In this document: in pieces, positions 1 through 9,856 of the stretch | Layout of the letters: each line of letters opens with the position of its first letter | Position numbering within the stretch: position 1 is the first letter of the stretch | Origin: an uncultured virus (IMG/VR IMGVR_UViG_2788500061_000001) | Lineage: Duplodnaviria; Heunggongvirae; Uroviricota; Caudoviricetes | Reading direction: 5' to 3' (one strand) | IMG/VR virus record: IMGVR_UViG_2788500061_000001 | Length of the DNA stretch: 64,000 nucleotides | Position numbers and translations under genes: made by a program | Notes under the pieces: generated by a model | The model's database searches: none | Seen by the model: only the letters and a program-made list of their open reading frames with translations | Told to the model about the DNA's origin: nothing

Positions 1-965
1 GTTCGGGGCTTCGGGATCAGCCACCGGACCCGCTCGGAACTCTCCAGAATAAGCTCTCTCCCGACCCTGTATTCCCGCAAACGCTCCCGTCCATGCTGAT
101 CGGTTTCCTTCGAAAAGCAATTCAAAATCTTGGATACGGGCGCATAGGATAGCCGGTCCGATGGCCCTTCACGAAAGGGGACATACTGGCCGTTCCGGAC
201 GGTCGTCGTTAGAAGGGTGAGGATGTCTCCTTCTCCCATCAGGATCCGGCCTGGCACTGTGAACTCCACTTCTCCAGTCTCCAGGGGCATCATTGTTCGC
301 TCGGTTCCCTCGCTCTTCATATCCATTGTCCTGTAGGCGACCTTGATGGGATTGAACACCCTGATGGCTGCGTTGACCAAACCGGTTTTCCGCTCCGCCA
401 GGGTTATATGCTGAAATCCAAAGCCGGTCCAGTTCAGGGGTGCGCCATCGATGTAGAGTTCATCTACGCCAATCAGAACCCCGTCAATCGGTAGATCCAG
501 GCGTTCCGAGTTTTCGATGGGCAATTCTTGGAGAGTCATTCTTTCGACCAGGTCCACGTCATAGGCGGCGACAACTGCATGCCAGTCCTCCAGATACTCC
601 TCCACCTGGATCCGCTCGGACTCTATACGCTTGATTGAGAGCGGTCTGCCTTCTCCTTCGCCCAGCCATTCCGTAGACTGCACTCCGGACACCGGTGCAA
701 AACGGGGATAGATATAGTTCCCATCACAGTAGACCTTTTCATTCTCGATGGTTATGGAGTCCTGGAAAGACTTCACGTAGCCGTCTATGCAGGCACGGCA
801 ATCCGGTGTACGTTCCTCGGGAGGGCAGGGGCACGGCTGCAACCGGAACCAGAGCGCGGATTCTCCCTTGCGCTCGATTAAATCCTCGACTCCGACCGGG
901 CTGAAGATGTTGGGCCGGATGGTCGGGTTAAAGGCTGTAAATCCGCCCCTGCGTACCCTTCTCAT
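1..965 (-). CDS. Virion neck/head-tail completion-type protein, 3' truncated by window edge
   Basis: Translated by hand (absent from ORF track): MRRVRRGGFTAFNPTIRPNIF...LWFRLQPCPCPPEERTPDCRACIDGY..., open to position 1. The CPC-x8-CxxC motif resembles myophage neck proteins. Confidence 0.55.
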   Translation of the reverse strand, partial: MRRVRRGGFTAFNPTIRPNIFSPVGVEDLIERKGESALWFRLQPCPCPPEERTPDCRACIDGYVKSFQDSITIENEKVYCDGNYIYPRFAPVSGVQSTEWLGEGEGRPLSIKRIESERIQVEEYLEDWHAVVAAYDVDLVERMTLQELPIENSERLDLPIDGVLIGVDELYIDGAPLNWTGFGFQHITLAERKTGLVNAAIRVFNPIKVAYRTMDMKSEGTERTMMPLETGEVEFTVPGRILMGEGDILTLLTTTVRNGQYVPFREGPSDRLSYAPVSKILNCFSKETDQHGRERLREYRVGRELILESSERVRWLIPKPR

Positions 966-968
966 GAA

Positions 969-1262
969 TCAGTCCTCTACCGGCCGGGCGATTCCTTTTC
1001 TTGCGAGCCGGTCGATGAAGGACCGGCGGTGCCGGATGGTCCGAGTTCCAATCCTGCGGACTATGCGCTTGTTCTTTCGGGGGATCAGCGGATGGCGCAT
1101 GTATACGTCCTGCTCTGCATTGCTCCAGGGATCGACCAGGTCCAGATACTCCCTGTGAACTCGTTGTTTCAGTGTTGTGACCTTGATAAGGCCCGCCGTG
1201 CGCCAGCGTGACCCGAAGGCGCCGCGCCAGAGGGCCAGGGCAAAGCAGCGGATTCGTTTCAT
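969..1262 (-). CDS. Small basic hypothetical protein
   Basis: ATGA overlap with the upstream transglycosylase; sits between two co-oriented genes. Confidence 0.55.
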   Translation of the reverse strand: MKRIRCFALALWRGAFGSRWRTAGLIKVTTLKQRVHREYLDLVDPWSNAEQDVYMRHPLIPRKNKRIVRRIGTRTIRHRRSFIDRLARKGIARPVED

Positions 1263-1828
1263 ATCAGAAACCCTCCGCCGGAAAGCCTCAGAAGGGGAGT
1301 ATATCGCCGGGCCTCCTCAAGTAGGCTCATTGTCTCTTCCAGTTTCTGCTCAGGAGTCCTCTGCTTCAGGCGGTAGTACGCTGCACGGAATTTCCGGATG
1401 TAGGAATAGGCCCGCTTCGGGATCCGGTATCCATTCCGTTTCACGGTTCCCGGGCCTGTGTAATAGCCTGCCAGGGCCAACGGTAATGAGCCGTTGAACT
1501 TGTCCAGGAGGTATCGCAGATAGGCAGTGCCGCAATGAACGTTATTTCTGGGCACGAAAAGCGCCCGGCCCCGGAGGCCGCAGAACCATGCTCCCGTCGC
1601 TGGCATGATCTGCATGAGTCCAAGGGCTCCAGCATGGGAGATTGCATAGGGCCGATGAGAAGACTCGATTTCTGCGACAGCACGGACAATGTCCGGATCC
1701 AGTCCATTCAAGAAGGCCGCTTCCAGGTATAAATCTCTTTGTGGTTCGGTGTCCGCTGCGGGGAGGGGATGCAGGCAAATGCCGATAAGCAGGGTTGCCA
1801 GCAAAGTCGTGAGAATAGTGCGATTCAT
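1259..1828 (-). CDS. Lytic transglycosylase (SLT family) with N-terminal signal/TM segment
   Basis: AVAEIES catalytic Glu, GALGLMQIMPAT, ALAGYYTGPG; GGAGG SD upstream. Confidence 0.9.
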   Translation of the reverse strand: MNRTILTTLLATLLIGICLHPLPAADTEPQRDLYLEAAFLNGLDPDIVRAVAEIESSHRPYAISHAGALGLMQIMPATGAWFCGLRGRALFVPRNNVHCGTAYLRYLLDKFNGSLPLALAGYYTGPGTVKRNGYRIPKRAYSYIRKFRAAYYRLKQRTPEQKLEETMSLLEEARRYTPLLRLSGGGFLI

Positions 1829-1872
1829 AGGGCACCTCCGGTTGCCGTTCGGAATTTCCGAACGTGGATGGC

Positions 1873-3528
1873 TTACCCTACAACAACCGGAAATCTTCGG
1901 GCAATATACTCCCGCACCCAGGACGGTCGGTCATCATGGGCCGGATCCTCGCAAGCGCAGGTCCGCTCATGCCAGACACCGCGCACTTCCATAGGAGCGA
2001 TCCGAGATTTCCCGTAGTATTCTTCTTCGGCCTTCTGTTGGCGTTCGGCCATGCGCCTGTCCAGGTCCGCAAAGTGCTCGCTGAAGTCGTAGTCTTCTTC
2101 ATCCGGGGGCTCCCAGGATTGGTAGCTGTGATTGCAGTTAGGGTGGACCGGTGTGCAGATCCACCAGTCTGAATAATGCCGGTTGGCGTTCGTCTTGCCG
2201 GGCCAGACCGCATACTCTGCGTAGGGATCATTCTGCATCAGATCGCCGCCAGCATAGAATTCCGACCGTGCAAACTCCGCGTAGCTGGCAAAGACTCGCA
2301 GGATGGGTTGGGAGGCTTCCCACTCTCGGCAATACTCGCACATCTTTGGAACGAGGCCTGCTTTCTGGACCTGGTAGGGCGGCGGGGTTTTCTGTTTGAT
2401 TTTGTTGAATCCTGCCGTATTATTTTCGATACCGGCCAAGTGGGAGCCTGGTGAACTACTGGTTATAGTGCCCGGGGTCGGTGGTAGATGCCGGTTCGGC
2501 GATCCAGGCTCATCCCGCTCCTTGGTGGTGGGACTGGCTTCATAGATCACTCGGGGTAGTGATGATTTCTGTTGACTGTTTCCGGGTTTTTTGCGATCAT
2601 TATTTTGATCGGCCAAACTGGAATCGCCTGGGCTCCCGGGGGAATTAGAGGCGTGGGTCGACGCCTGATTCGCGGGCTGTAGTCCAGGCTTTTCCTCTAC
2701 TTTGTGAGTATAAAACATGAGTACTTCTTGCCGGTTACGATCCACCGTTCGGCAGACAATGTCCACCTTTCGCTTTTTTCCATCGATTATAGCTTCTGCA
2801 GAAAAGTAATCTATTCCGTAGACGTTAGTGCGTCCCCTTGAATCTGGGGCCGCTCCTGTTTTTTTGGCCGTTGCAACTAATGCAGGCAACGACGGGACGA
2901 CGGCAAAGTCAGATGTAGTCCTTTGCTCGCTGAGTGCCTTCTTGAATCCTCTGTTTGAAGGAAAAGTGATTTCAGACCCCGTGGAAAGATTCAGGACCTT
3001 ACTCTCGGTGAATCTTTGCGCTGCCTTGCTGGCCCTTTCCCGTGCTGCTTTATGACTTAAATGCCTCCATTCGTCCGTGGAAATGCTAATGTTGCCAGAG
3101 GTGGCATCGTAACCTTGCAGCTCCGAAAGATACTTAGGTTTCCCCGACGGCCAGTAACCGACCACAATTCCGCCGCGCGATCCGGGGCCGCTTTCCTCGG
3201 ATTTCGTAATATCGAAGATAACACGGGGCAGGCCTGATTTCTGTTGACTTTCGCTGAAATTCTTGCCACTCTCGATACTGAGGCTGGAATCAGAGAATCC
3301 CGCTGATTCACCGTCATCGGCATCGGGGCCCATCTTGCCGTCAGCCTCACCTCCTTTATCAATTTCCCATTGACCCTTGACGGAAAATGGTACATCCATA
3401 GAATCAGGAAGGTCAGAGGCAGCATACAGTGCTTCCGGGTAACTCTGAAGAATGCCAATCCTGCTCTTCAGGGCCTCCTTTTCTCTTTCACGGTCTCTGT
3501 GGTGTCCGGATTCACGTGAATATAACAT
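1873..3528 (-). CDS. C-terminal part of MuF-type head morphogenesis protein carrying a large inserted (LPD3-like) domain
   Basis: C-terminal CEYC...PVHPNCNHSY resembles the MuF HPNCRC motif; likely start MLYSRES at 3528, or a +1 continuation of 3512..4393. Confidence 0.65.
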   Translation of the reverse strand: MLYSRESGHHRDREREKEALKSRIGILQSYPEALYAASDLPDSMDVPFSVKGQWEIDKGGEADGKMGPDADDGESAGFSDSSLSIESGKNFSESQQKSGLPRVIFDITKSEESGPGSRGGIVVGYWPSGKPKYLSELQGYDATSGNISISTDEWRHLSHKAARERASKAAQRFTESKVLNLSTGSEITFPSNRGFKKALSEQRTTSDFAVVPSLPALVATAKKTGAAPDSRGRTNVYGIDYFSAEAIIDGKKRKVDIVCRTVDRNRQEVLMFYTHKVEEKPGLQPANQASTHASNSPGSPGDSSLADQNNDRKKPGNSQQKSSLPRVIYEASPTTKERDEPGSPNRHLPPTPGTITSSSPGSHLAGIENNTAGFNKIKQKTPPPYQVQKAGLVPKMCEYCREWEASQPILRVFASYAEFARSEFYAGGDLMQNDPYAEYAVWPGKTNANRHYSDWWICTPVHPNCNHSYQSWEPPDEEDYDFSEHFADLDRRMAERQQKAEEEYYGKSRIAPMEVRGVWHERTCACEDPAHDDRPSWVREYIARRFPVVVG

Positions 3529-4393
3529 ACTTCCCGCCCTCATGGACTTGCTGCAGTAGTAGGCCGTTGTTGAATGATATTGCTGCCTCGGTAACAGCCA
3601 CGCGGACCATGTCACGGTTCAGGTGCTTAAGCATGAGCTCCTGGAATCCCTTCTCATCGATGGATCCGTCAGGATTGATATACCTTCCGGACTGTGCTTC
3701 CGTACTGGCGTAGATCAGTTCCTGGCGGATCTCATCCAGGGACAGATCATTGTCTATAGCGATCTGCACGATGTCGCGCACCATGTCCCTGGTAACCTCG
3801 TAGCTGCGGCCTGCCCTCTGGCCGTTTTCGTCGTAGATGGCAAGCCAGCGGGCTCCCTCGGACTCATTGAAGATGGAGGCGTAGATTGAGGATTTCCGGA
3901 CGCCGGTCTTTTCCAGGAAGTCGTCCAGGTTTCCCAGACCTGCGTATCCTTCGGATTGCATCTCCGAGTCCAGGTCCTGGAGGCTCAATTCCTTCAGTCG
4001 GTTCAGGTCGAATCCCTTGCGCTGGAAGTGCTGGGCGATCATTCCGAGCACGGTACCCTTGTAGTTCTCGCCCCGGTAGACTTCGTTGTAGTTCACCCGG
4101 AGCCAGTCGAAGGCCTCCGATTCGTATTCATTCAGGGAATCTTCATCCAGCTCGGTGCCAACCTGGATTGATGGGGCAGGGAAGGGATTGCGCTCCATGA
4201 GGCGCCCCAGGAAGCCGTTGGCCCGCTTCCAGACATCGCCGAGCATGGATTTGTTGATCTGTATTCGGGAGACGGTCCCGCCTACAAGGGTCGCCTGCAT
4301 CCAGGCATAGTACTCCAGCCAGGCGTACTGCCATTCCCGGAGAAACCTGAAAGGCAGGAACGGACCCTCGAACTGTTCGCGCTTCTCTGCCAA
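3512..4393 (-). CDS. N-terminal part of MuF-type head morphogenesis protein
   Basis: RDMVRVAVTEAAISFNNG matches the MuF RIARTE-type helix; ends before the CxxC/HPNC motifs. Confidence 0.7.
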   Translation of the reverse strand: MAEKREQFEGPFLPFRFLREWQYAWLEYYAWMQATLVGGTVSRIQINKSMLGDVWKRANGFLGRLMERNPFPAPSIQVGTELDEDSLNEYESEAFDWLRVNYNEVYRGENYKGTVLGMIAQHFQRKGFDLNRLKELSLQDLDSEMQSEGYAGLGNLDDFLEKTGVRKSSIYASIFNESEGARWLAIYDENGQRAGRSYEVTRDMVRDIVQIAIDNDLSLDEIRQELIYASTEAQSGRYINPDGSIDEKGFQELMLKHLNRDMVRVAVTEAAISFNNGLLLQQVHEGGKYVIFT

Positions 4394-4397
4394 CGCC

Positions 4398-4709
4398 TCA
4401 GTTGCGCAGTTCGGCCTCGATTGCTCTCACAGCCAGATTCAATGCCGTGGCGGGCGGCAATTTCTGGGTGGCATAGGACTGGATCTTACTCCAGAGCCGC
4501 TGCTGAATGAAATCGTCCAGGCTGGAAATGTGGTCTGCCAGGACGCTCGCATAGCTGGCCGCTTGCTCGGATTCCTTCTCAGGCTCGGGCTCTGGATCCG
4601 GCGGCACTCCTTCAGTGCTTTCGGTTTCCTGTTCGGTATCCTCAGCAGGGAGTTCCGGATTCCCTGGCTCCGATTGCTGAATGTCTTCGGCTTGTGTTTC
4701 GTTTTCCAT
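4398..4709 (-). CDS. Acidic hypothetical late protein
   Basis: 103-aa ORF directly behind a late-promoter motif. Confidence 0.7.
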   Translation of the reverse strand: MENETQAEDIQQSEPGNPELPAEDTEQETESTEGVPPDPEPEPEKESEQAASYASVLADHISSLDDFIQQRLWSKIQSYATQKLPPATALNLAVRAIEAELRN

Positions 4710-4715
4710 GGCCGG

Positions 4716-4740
4716 AGCATACAGAGTTTCGCTTTATCGG
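4716..4740 (-). promoter_or_regulatory. Putative late promoter
   Basis: CCGAT-N14-TATGCT-N6-ATG(4709). Confidence 0.7.
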
Positions 4741-4980
4741 GCAGTGCGGATTCAGTTGGTCGATCTGCCAACTTGACATTGTGCCTACTGCCGAAGTGAT
4801 TTCGACGACGCTCTGACTCTCGCCGTGCACTGGGTTAGCCAGGTTCTCAATTGACGAGGTACGAAGCCTTGGTGGGTGCTTTGTCTAACCATAGTGGTTG
4901 CAGGAAAAAACGTGAAAAAACGCTTGCGACTGGACCGATAGTAGCGACATAAAGGGTCAATTAGAGGAAGGGGGTAGGCT

Positions 4981-5196
4981 ATGGAGATAGTTGGATCACT
5001 GATACTTGGTGCATTGTTTGGCTTTTTACTCTCTACTGGGCTTATGGCAGGCAGAGTCGCCAAAAAGGAAGCTGACCAGTCTATCGAAGATGCAAAAAAG
5101 GAGGAGTCTAGGGTGGTATATGAAAACAAGGAACTCCTCCGCACGGCAATTCGAAAACACCAAGCCTCCGAAGCAAAGCTCTTGGTACGGAGTTGA
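4981..5196 (+). CDS. Small single-TM protein (moron)
   Basis: N-terminal hydrophobic helix and charged tail; purine-rich upstream region. Confidence 0.5.
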   Translation: MEIVGSLILGALFGFLLSTGLMAGRVAKKEADQSIEDAKKEESRVVYENKELLRTAIRKHQASEAKLLVRS

Positions 5197-6148
5197 GTCT
5201 ATAATTACCAAGGCGTACCGGTTCGTAAACAGTCATGGGGTTCTGAGTAGCTTCCTATCTTCGGCGTTGTGGGCCTTGGGTGCTTTTTTCTTTGCGCCTT
5301 CCGGAAAGGTTTTCGAAGAGAAGATCCGGAATAGCTTTGAGTGGCAGTTCGGATTAGCCGCTTGTGCTATTTCTTCCTTTATAGTCATTGGGTTCAGCGT
5401 CTACTACATTGCTGCCGCAATGGACAAGAAGTCCATGCGCTTGGATCTGCAAGCAGCTCAGCGCCAGCTCGGCAAACACAATGAGCTTGGGCTGGTATAC
5501 ATTTGGGCCAGCCACAACGCCGAGCACATCGATATAAATTATCAAGAAATGAAGGACGCGATTGAAGAGTCTGCCGACCGAAAGCTGGAGCTGCTATTTA
5601 CAACGGGCTACGAAGCCATGAGTATGGATGCAGAGCATGAGACTATCCAGTTTAAGAACCGGTTTTCAGAGAAACCGGATGGCCAACCAAGAAAGGCGGT
5701 CCTGCACGAGCTTATTCAGAATCTAAAAGGTCCGGTTCGAGTTCTCCTGCTCAACCCGTTGTCGCAAACGGCTTTCGATCGAGGAAGGGAAATTATCAAC
5801 GATGGTGATCTGTATCGGCAACTCATCTATCGAACGATAGCGTTCCTGGAGCTGGCAAAGGAGAGGAATGAAAACCTCCATCTTGATTTCGGTTTCTACA
5901 GTCAAAAACCAGTCTGGAATGTAGTCAGGAATAACATAATCACTTTCGTGCAGCCGGTTTCCCCAAATTATGCCGCTCGTTTGAACGCTTGGCTATGTTT
6001 TGCAAACAACAATTTCGGCATTACAGAAGGCTTTGCCACCCTCTTCGAGAAGAAATGGGATGAGAGGCAGTTGGAGGATGTCAGCCACCCTGATTTTCGA
6101 ACCAATGTCGACAAGATCAAACATGAAATCGAAGCGAAGATGAAGTAG
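5120..6148 (+). CDS. Two-TM protein with DUF5919-like cytoplasmic domain (moron, possible defence)
   Basis: Two hydrophobic segments, then VRVLLLNP...FYSQKPVWNVV...FVQP...FEKKW; opposite strand to neighbours; start uncertain (5006 TTG or 5120 ATG). Confidence 0.6.
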   Translation: MKTRNSSARQFENTKPPKQSSWYGVESIITKAYRFVNSHGVLSSFLSSALWALGAFFFAPSGKVFEEKIRNSFEWQFGLAACAISSFIVIGFSVYYIAAAMDKKSMRLDLQAAQRQLGKHNELGLVYIWASHNAEHIDINYQEMKDAIEESADRKLELLFTTGYEAMSMDAEHETIQFKNRFSEKPDGQPRKAVLHELIQNLKGPVRVLLLNPLSQTAFDRGREIINDGDLYRQLIYRTIAFLELAKERNENLHLDFGFYSQKPVWNVVRNNIITFVQPVSPNYAARLNAWLCFANNNFGITEGFATLFEKKWDERQLEDVSHPDFRTNVDKIKHEIEAKMK

Positions 6149-6157
6149 TCTGAAATG

Positions 6158-7870
6158 CTAATCCCGCCTTAGTCTCGGATCATTCGGCCCATCGTAGCCC
6201 AGTTTCCGTAACAGGCTATCATACTGCCTGCTCTGAATCGTATTCTTTCGTCTTTCCTGCACCTGCCTTGCCGTGTTCTGGTTCGGCTGCTCTTTGGGCT
6301 TTGATGCCCGTATTCCCGGCATCTCCCGAATGAGCCGGACTCCCATTTCCAGGGCATCCGGCCCGTCCTTGTGCCGGTAGGGGAATTCGTTTAGCTGCTG
6401 AAAGAGCGTTTCAGAATCGTCCCGAAGCAATAGAAGGCCGGAGGCTACCAACGGCTGCAGTGCGCCCATGATCCTGGCTTCTTTGTCGGAGGTGTTGGAC
6501 AGCTCTACAATCGGAATGGTTATCTTGTTGGCACTGGTCTTATTGAACTCCGAAACCAATCGCCGGAAGTTCAGGAGGAAGTATTCCTGGTTGGCATTGC
6601 TTTCGATACCGCAGATATTCCAGGGAAGCGTCTGGAGTGCCAGCATTAGATCCCGTTCGATAGCATCCGGTCGCCGCCTCTGGATGTCGGAGTAAGCCTC
6701 GTAGAATTTCCCATCCGGACCGAGACCCACGCCTATTATGGCGCTGTAGTCTGATTTCTCGGACTTGCCGAGGGATAGGTCAACGGCCAGCGCAAGGGTC
6801 CAGTCGCTCCAGCTCGGTGCCGGTGGGAAACGGTACCTCTGGATCAGGCCTTTGAATCGCTGATCTACTTCGGCCAGGGGTTCATTCTGTCGTTCCTGGG
6901 CGAATCCGATCGGATCCTGCGCCCGTTCTTCCTGGAGTGCCTTCAATGGCCAGGTTTGCGGCCAGGTAGAGAACTCGTTTCCCTCTTCGTCCACCTCGAT
7001 GGCCTTGAACTTCTTCCGGTCCCAGTGCCCGTACTTCTGGTTATCCGTGAATATCTGCTCACCGACGCAATTCGGGGCGATGGTGGTATAGGCCACGATT
7101 ACATCCAGGCCCCAGGCTCCACCCAGACGTAGGGCTGCGCGGTCGAGCCACCGCATCTTGCGGACCATGGTCGATTCGCTGGCCACGTCCTTCTCTTCAT
7201 CCGGATCATCGATAAGCAATGCATCCGGCCTGGACTCTTTGCGCCGCTTACCACGGATACTGTTCAGGAATCCTTTCGCCAGGATCCGGGCTCCGCCCTG
7301 GAATACGATGTCCCCGTCTTTCCAGGAAACGGTCTGGCCCTTCTGATCCTTCTTCGGTCGCAGCTCCGGGTAATGCTCCAGGAGCACTGCATTGTCCTCG
7401 CATTCGTCGATGATCGCCTGGAGAAATCCTTTTGCAGATTCGAGGCTGCTGGAGATTATGATGGGGAAATTCCACGTCCGCGTGAGAATGAGCCAGAGCG
7501 TGCCGCAAAGCGTCAGTACCGTGGATTTACCGAATCCACGGGAGAGGGCTCGGGTCATCTTCACCGGATCCCTTTGCCGTCCGCGTAGGGCCTGGATGTC
7601 TTCGATCAGTGCTTTCTGCTGGGGGCCGAATGGGCTTCCAAAGTAGTGCCCGAAGTAGTGCCGGAGAAAGAAATGGAACTGCCCGCGCTTGCCTGTTGCC
7701 CGGCGCCTGCAGACGGACTTCTCCCGGTTCGTAGACTCGGTAATCTGGCCAGCATACTCCCGTTCCACTCTCCGGAAAGCCAGCTCAAGAACCTGCGGAG
7801 GAAAGCGATTCAGTCCGGAGGAGCCCAGCTCCGAAAGGATCCTCTGTCTAATTGACTGATTCGATGCCAT
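6158..7870 (-). CDS. terL: Terminase large subunit
   Basis: Walker A SRGFGKST, Walker B LLIDDPD, nuclease motifs AVDLS...SDYSAI and HKDGPDAL. Confidence 0.95.
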   Translation of the reverse strand: MASNQSIRQRILSELGSSGLNRFPPQVLELAFRRVEREYAGQITESTNREKSVCRRRATGKRGQFHFFLRHYFGHYFGSPFGPQQKALIEDIQALRGRQRDPVKMTRALSRGFGKSTVLTLCGTLWLILTRTWNFPIIISSSLESAKGFLQAIIDECEDNAVLLEHYPELRPKKDQKGQTVSWKDGDIVFQGGARILAKGFLNSIRGKRRKESRPDALLIDDPDEEKDVASESTMVRKMRWLDRAALRLGGAWGLDVIVAYTTIAPNCVGEQIFTDNQKYGHWDRKKFKAIEVDEEGNEFSTWPQTWPLKALQEERAQDPIGFAQERQNEPLAEVDQRFKGLIQRYRFPPAPSWSDWTLALAVDLSLGKSEKSDYSAIIGVGLGPDGKFYEAYSDIQRRRPDAIERDLMLALQTLPWNICGIESNANQEYFLLNFRRLVSEFNKTSANKITIPIVELSNTSDKEARIMGALQPLVASGLLLLRDDSETLFQQLNEFPYRHKDGPDALEMGVRLIREMPGIRASKPKEQPNQNTARQVQERRKNTIQSRQYDSLLRKLGYDGPNDPRLRRD

Positions 7871-8441
7871 GCTTGGATAGGATGTTGGCCATGATTCCAG
7901 CGGCCTCCTGGATGGCTTTTTCTCTGTCCGCCTGTTCGTCCGTCACATAGAGCAGGCCGGTGCGCTCCAGGTAGCGGAGGGCAATGGCATTATCCTGGGG
8001 GCTCTGTCGTTCAAAGGACTTCCGGAGTGCGGCCCTGGCCATCCGTGCGGTGATTCTCGCCTCGGCAAGAAGGTCCCCGTCTTCTTCATCCAGAAGAAAC
8101 TTCACAGCCTCGATGAAAGCGGTTTTCTTTCTCCAGCGGTACAGGGTCTTCCGATCTATCTGCAGGGACTTGGCGATTTTCTTGAAATTGATCCCAGAGG
8201 CAACGAGTTCCGCAGCCTTTGCTTCAGTCTCCTTTAGCCCGGGAAAACTAAGGGGCTCTTCTTTCTTTGCGGTCTGCTGCTCCTTCTTGGTGGCTCGCTT
8301 TGGCTTCTTCTGGCTTTGCCCGTTAGTCGCCTTAGTGCCTTTCTTTTTTGCAGCCTTAGAACGGGCACTTTCTGGGGCACCTGGGGCATTCTTGGGTAGG
8401 GGTGGGTGCTGTTTGGAAGTGGCTTTCTTTCTTGGTGCCAT
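7848..8441 (-). CDS. terS: Terminase small subunit (HTH)
   Basis: HTH KKIAKSLQIDRKTLYRWRK; overlaps terL start. Confidence 0.8.
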   Translation of the reverse strand: MAPRKKATSKQHPPLPKNAPGAPESARSKAAKKKGTKATNGQSQKKPKRATKKEQQTAKKEEPLSFPGLKETEAKAAELVASGINFKKIAKSLQIDRKTLYRWRKKTAFIEAVKFLLDEEDGDLLAEARITARMARAALRKSFERQSPQDNAIALRYLERTGLLYVTDEQADREKAIQEAAGIMANILSKHGIESVN

Positions 8442-8449
8442 AATGCAAT

Positions 8450-8475
8450 ATGATAAAGCCCTTGGTGGTTATCGG
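8450..8475 (-). promoter_or_regulatory. Putative late promoter (terS/terL)
   Basis: CCGAT-N15-TATCAT-N8-ATG(8441). Confidence 0.55.
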
Positions 8476-8650
8476 GTGGTATGCATCAATCGATCCCGTT
8501 CTGGTTTTAGGATGGTGGCTTTGGAGTAGTGGGTAGTGGTAGGTTTGGCCGATCAGTTCGGTCCACTACTGGGATGTTTATTGAGCTTTCTGGCCACATT
8601 AATGCTTTACGAGTATTGTCCTTCTGTCAGCTTCTCCCGAAATTGTTAGT

Positions 8651-9148
8651 ATGTCAGCAGAAGGTGGAAATATGACCGCCAGACCAATTCAGATTGCAGA
8701 GTACATATTGTCCGAATGCAAGAAAAGGTGGCCGGAGCAAGCGGTGAGTACAATGAAGCTGCAAAAGCTCTTGTACTACGCCCAAGCGTGGAGCTTGGTA
8801 TGGGATTCAACTGAGCTTTTTGAAGAAGATTTTCAGGCATGGGCAAATGGCCCAGTCTTGCCGGAGCTCTATCAAATGCATCGAGGCCGCTACAAAGTTG
8901 ATGACCAGTGGGCGGCCGCTCATAGAGAGGCCAGTGGTTTTCCACCGTTTATACCCTCAACCGAGCAGGGTGAAACTCTGGATTCCGTTATTGAATTCTA
9001 CGGGCCGAGATCTGCTCAGTGGCTTTCTGACCTTACGCATAAGGAGCAGCCTTGGATTGAGGCTCGTCGAGATTGTGGACCTCTGGAGAGATCCAATGAG
9101 GTAATTACTAAAGATTCGATGTATGAGTATTACGATTCTCTCGCTTAA
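8651..9148 (+). CDS. Panacea (SocA/DUF4065) antitoxin
   Basis: MKLQKLLYYAQ, FQAWANGPV, LSDLTHKEQPW; start may be MTARP at 8672. Confidence 0.9.
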   Translation: MSAEGGNMTARPIQIAEYILSECKKRWPEQAVSTMKLQKLLYYAQAWSLVWDSTELFEEDFQAWANGPVLPELYQMHRGRYKVDDQWAAAHREASGFPPFIPSTEQGETLDSVIEFYGPRSAQWLSDLTHKEQPWIEARRDCGPLERSNEVITKDSMYEYYDSLA

Positions 9149-9624
9149 TGGCAAAACGAAAAGGAAAGTCGAAAAACCCTGCTATTGGGCCGGGAGTCCA
9201 TCCGAAAGAGACCAAGACAGCGAACCACCATTTTGAATCGGATCCGGATCGAGACAATAAAAACCCGATCTCTTGGGTTCTTGGGAACATAGATTGGGAC
9301 GGTCCATTTGGGTGGCAGGCCTTTAAACCCGGAAACCATTTAGAAGAGCTATTAAAGCAATTGAAACATTTTGAAAAGACTTCTTGGGATGATCTCTTAA
9401 GGCAAACCGGGGTCAACCACTCTAAGAATCATCCTATCCCCATTGAGAAAATCCACAAGAAAGCTCGGAAACGATTGAAGCATCTCGGTTTTGAGGACCA
9501 GCAGACCTTCTACTCATTCACTGTTGGCGGTATCCCCCGAATGTGGGGGGTTAAGCAAGGGGCTAAACTTGTTGTTCTTTGGTGGGATCCAGAGCACAAG
9601 ATTTATCTCCGCTCCCACAAGTAG
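9148..9624 (+). CDS. Putative PanT toxin (RelE-like RNase fold)
   Basis: TAATG-coupled to Panacea; basic; YSF...RMWG...VLWWDPEH pattern. Confidence 0.7.
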   Translation: MAKRKGKSKNPAIGPGVHPKETKTANHHFESDPDRDNKNPISWVLGNIDWDGPFGWQAFKPGNHLEELLKQLKHFEKTSWDDLLRQTGVNHSKNHPIPIEKIHKKARKRLKHLGFEDQQTFYSFTVGGIPRMWGVKQGAKLVVLWWDPEHKIYLRSHK

Positions 9625-9856
9625 CCCATTTCATTGGCCAGCGTATCTCCGGATGATAAGAATTGACCCGACAAGGAGAGCTTGGCAAGCTTGGAGTGCC
9701 TGCGGCCCGGTTCTCGTTTACGGTTTATTCCCATCCTTCCAGAACGCACCGGATGCCAATAATTACCAGAGTCGTTATGCCGCCGCCAATGGCCCCTCCC
9801 AGGGCCGCGTATGCTATTGTCTCCCAGATCATCTCAAGTTTCCTCCCTTCGTTGTG

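Noticed and set aside
4935..4960. CCGATA as another late promoter
   Set aside because: No -10-like hexamer at +14 and no start codon at 25-29 nt.
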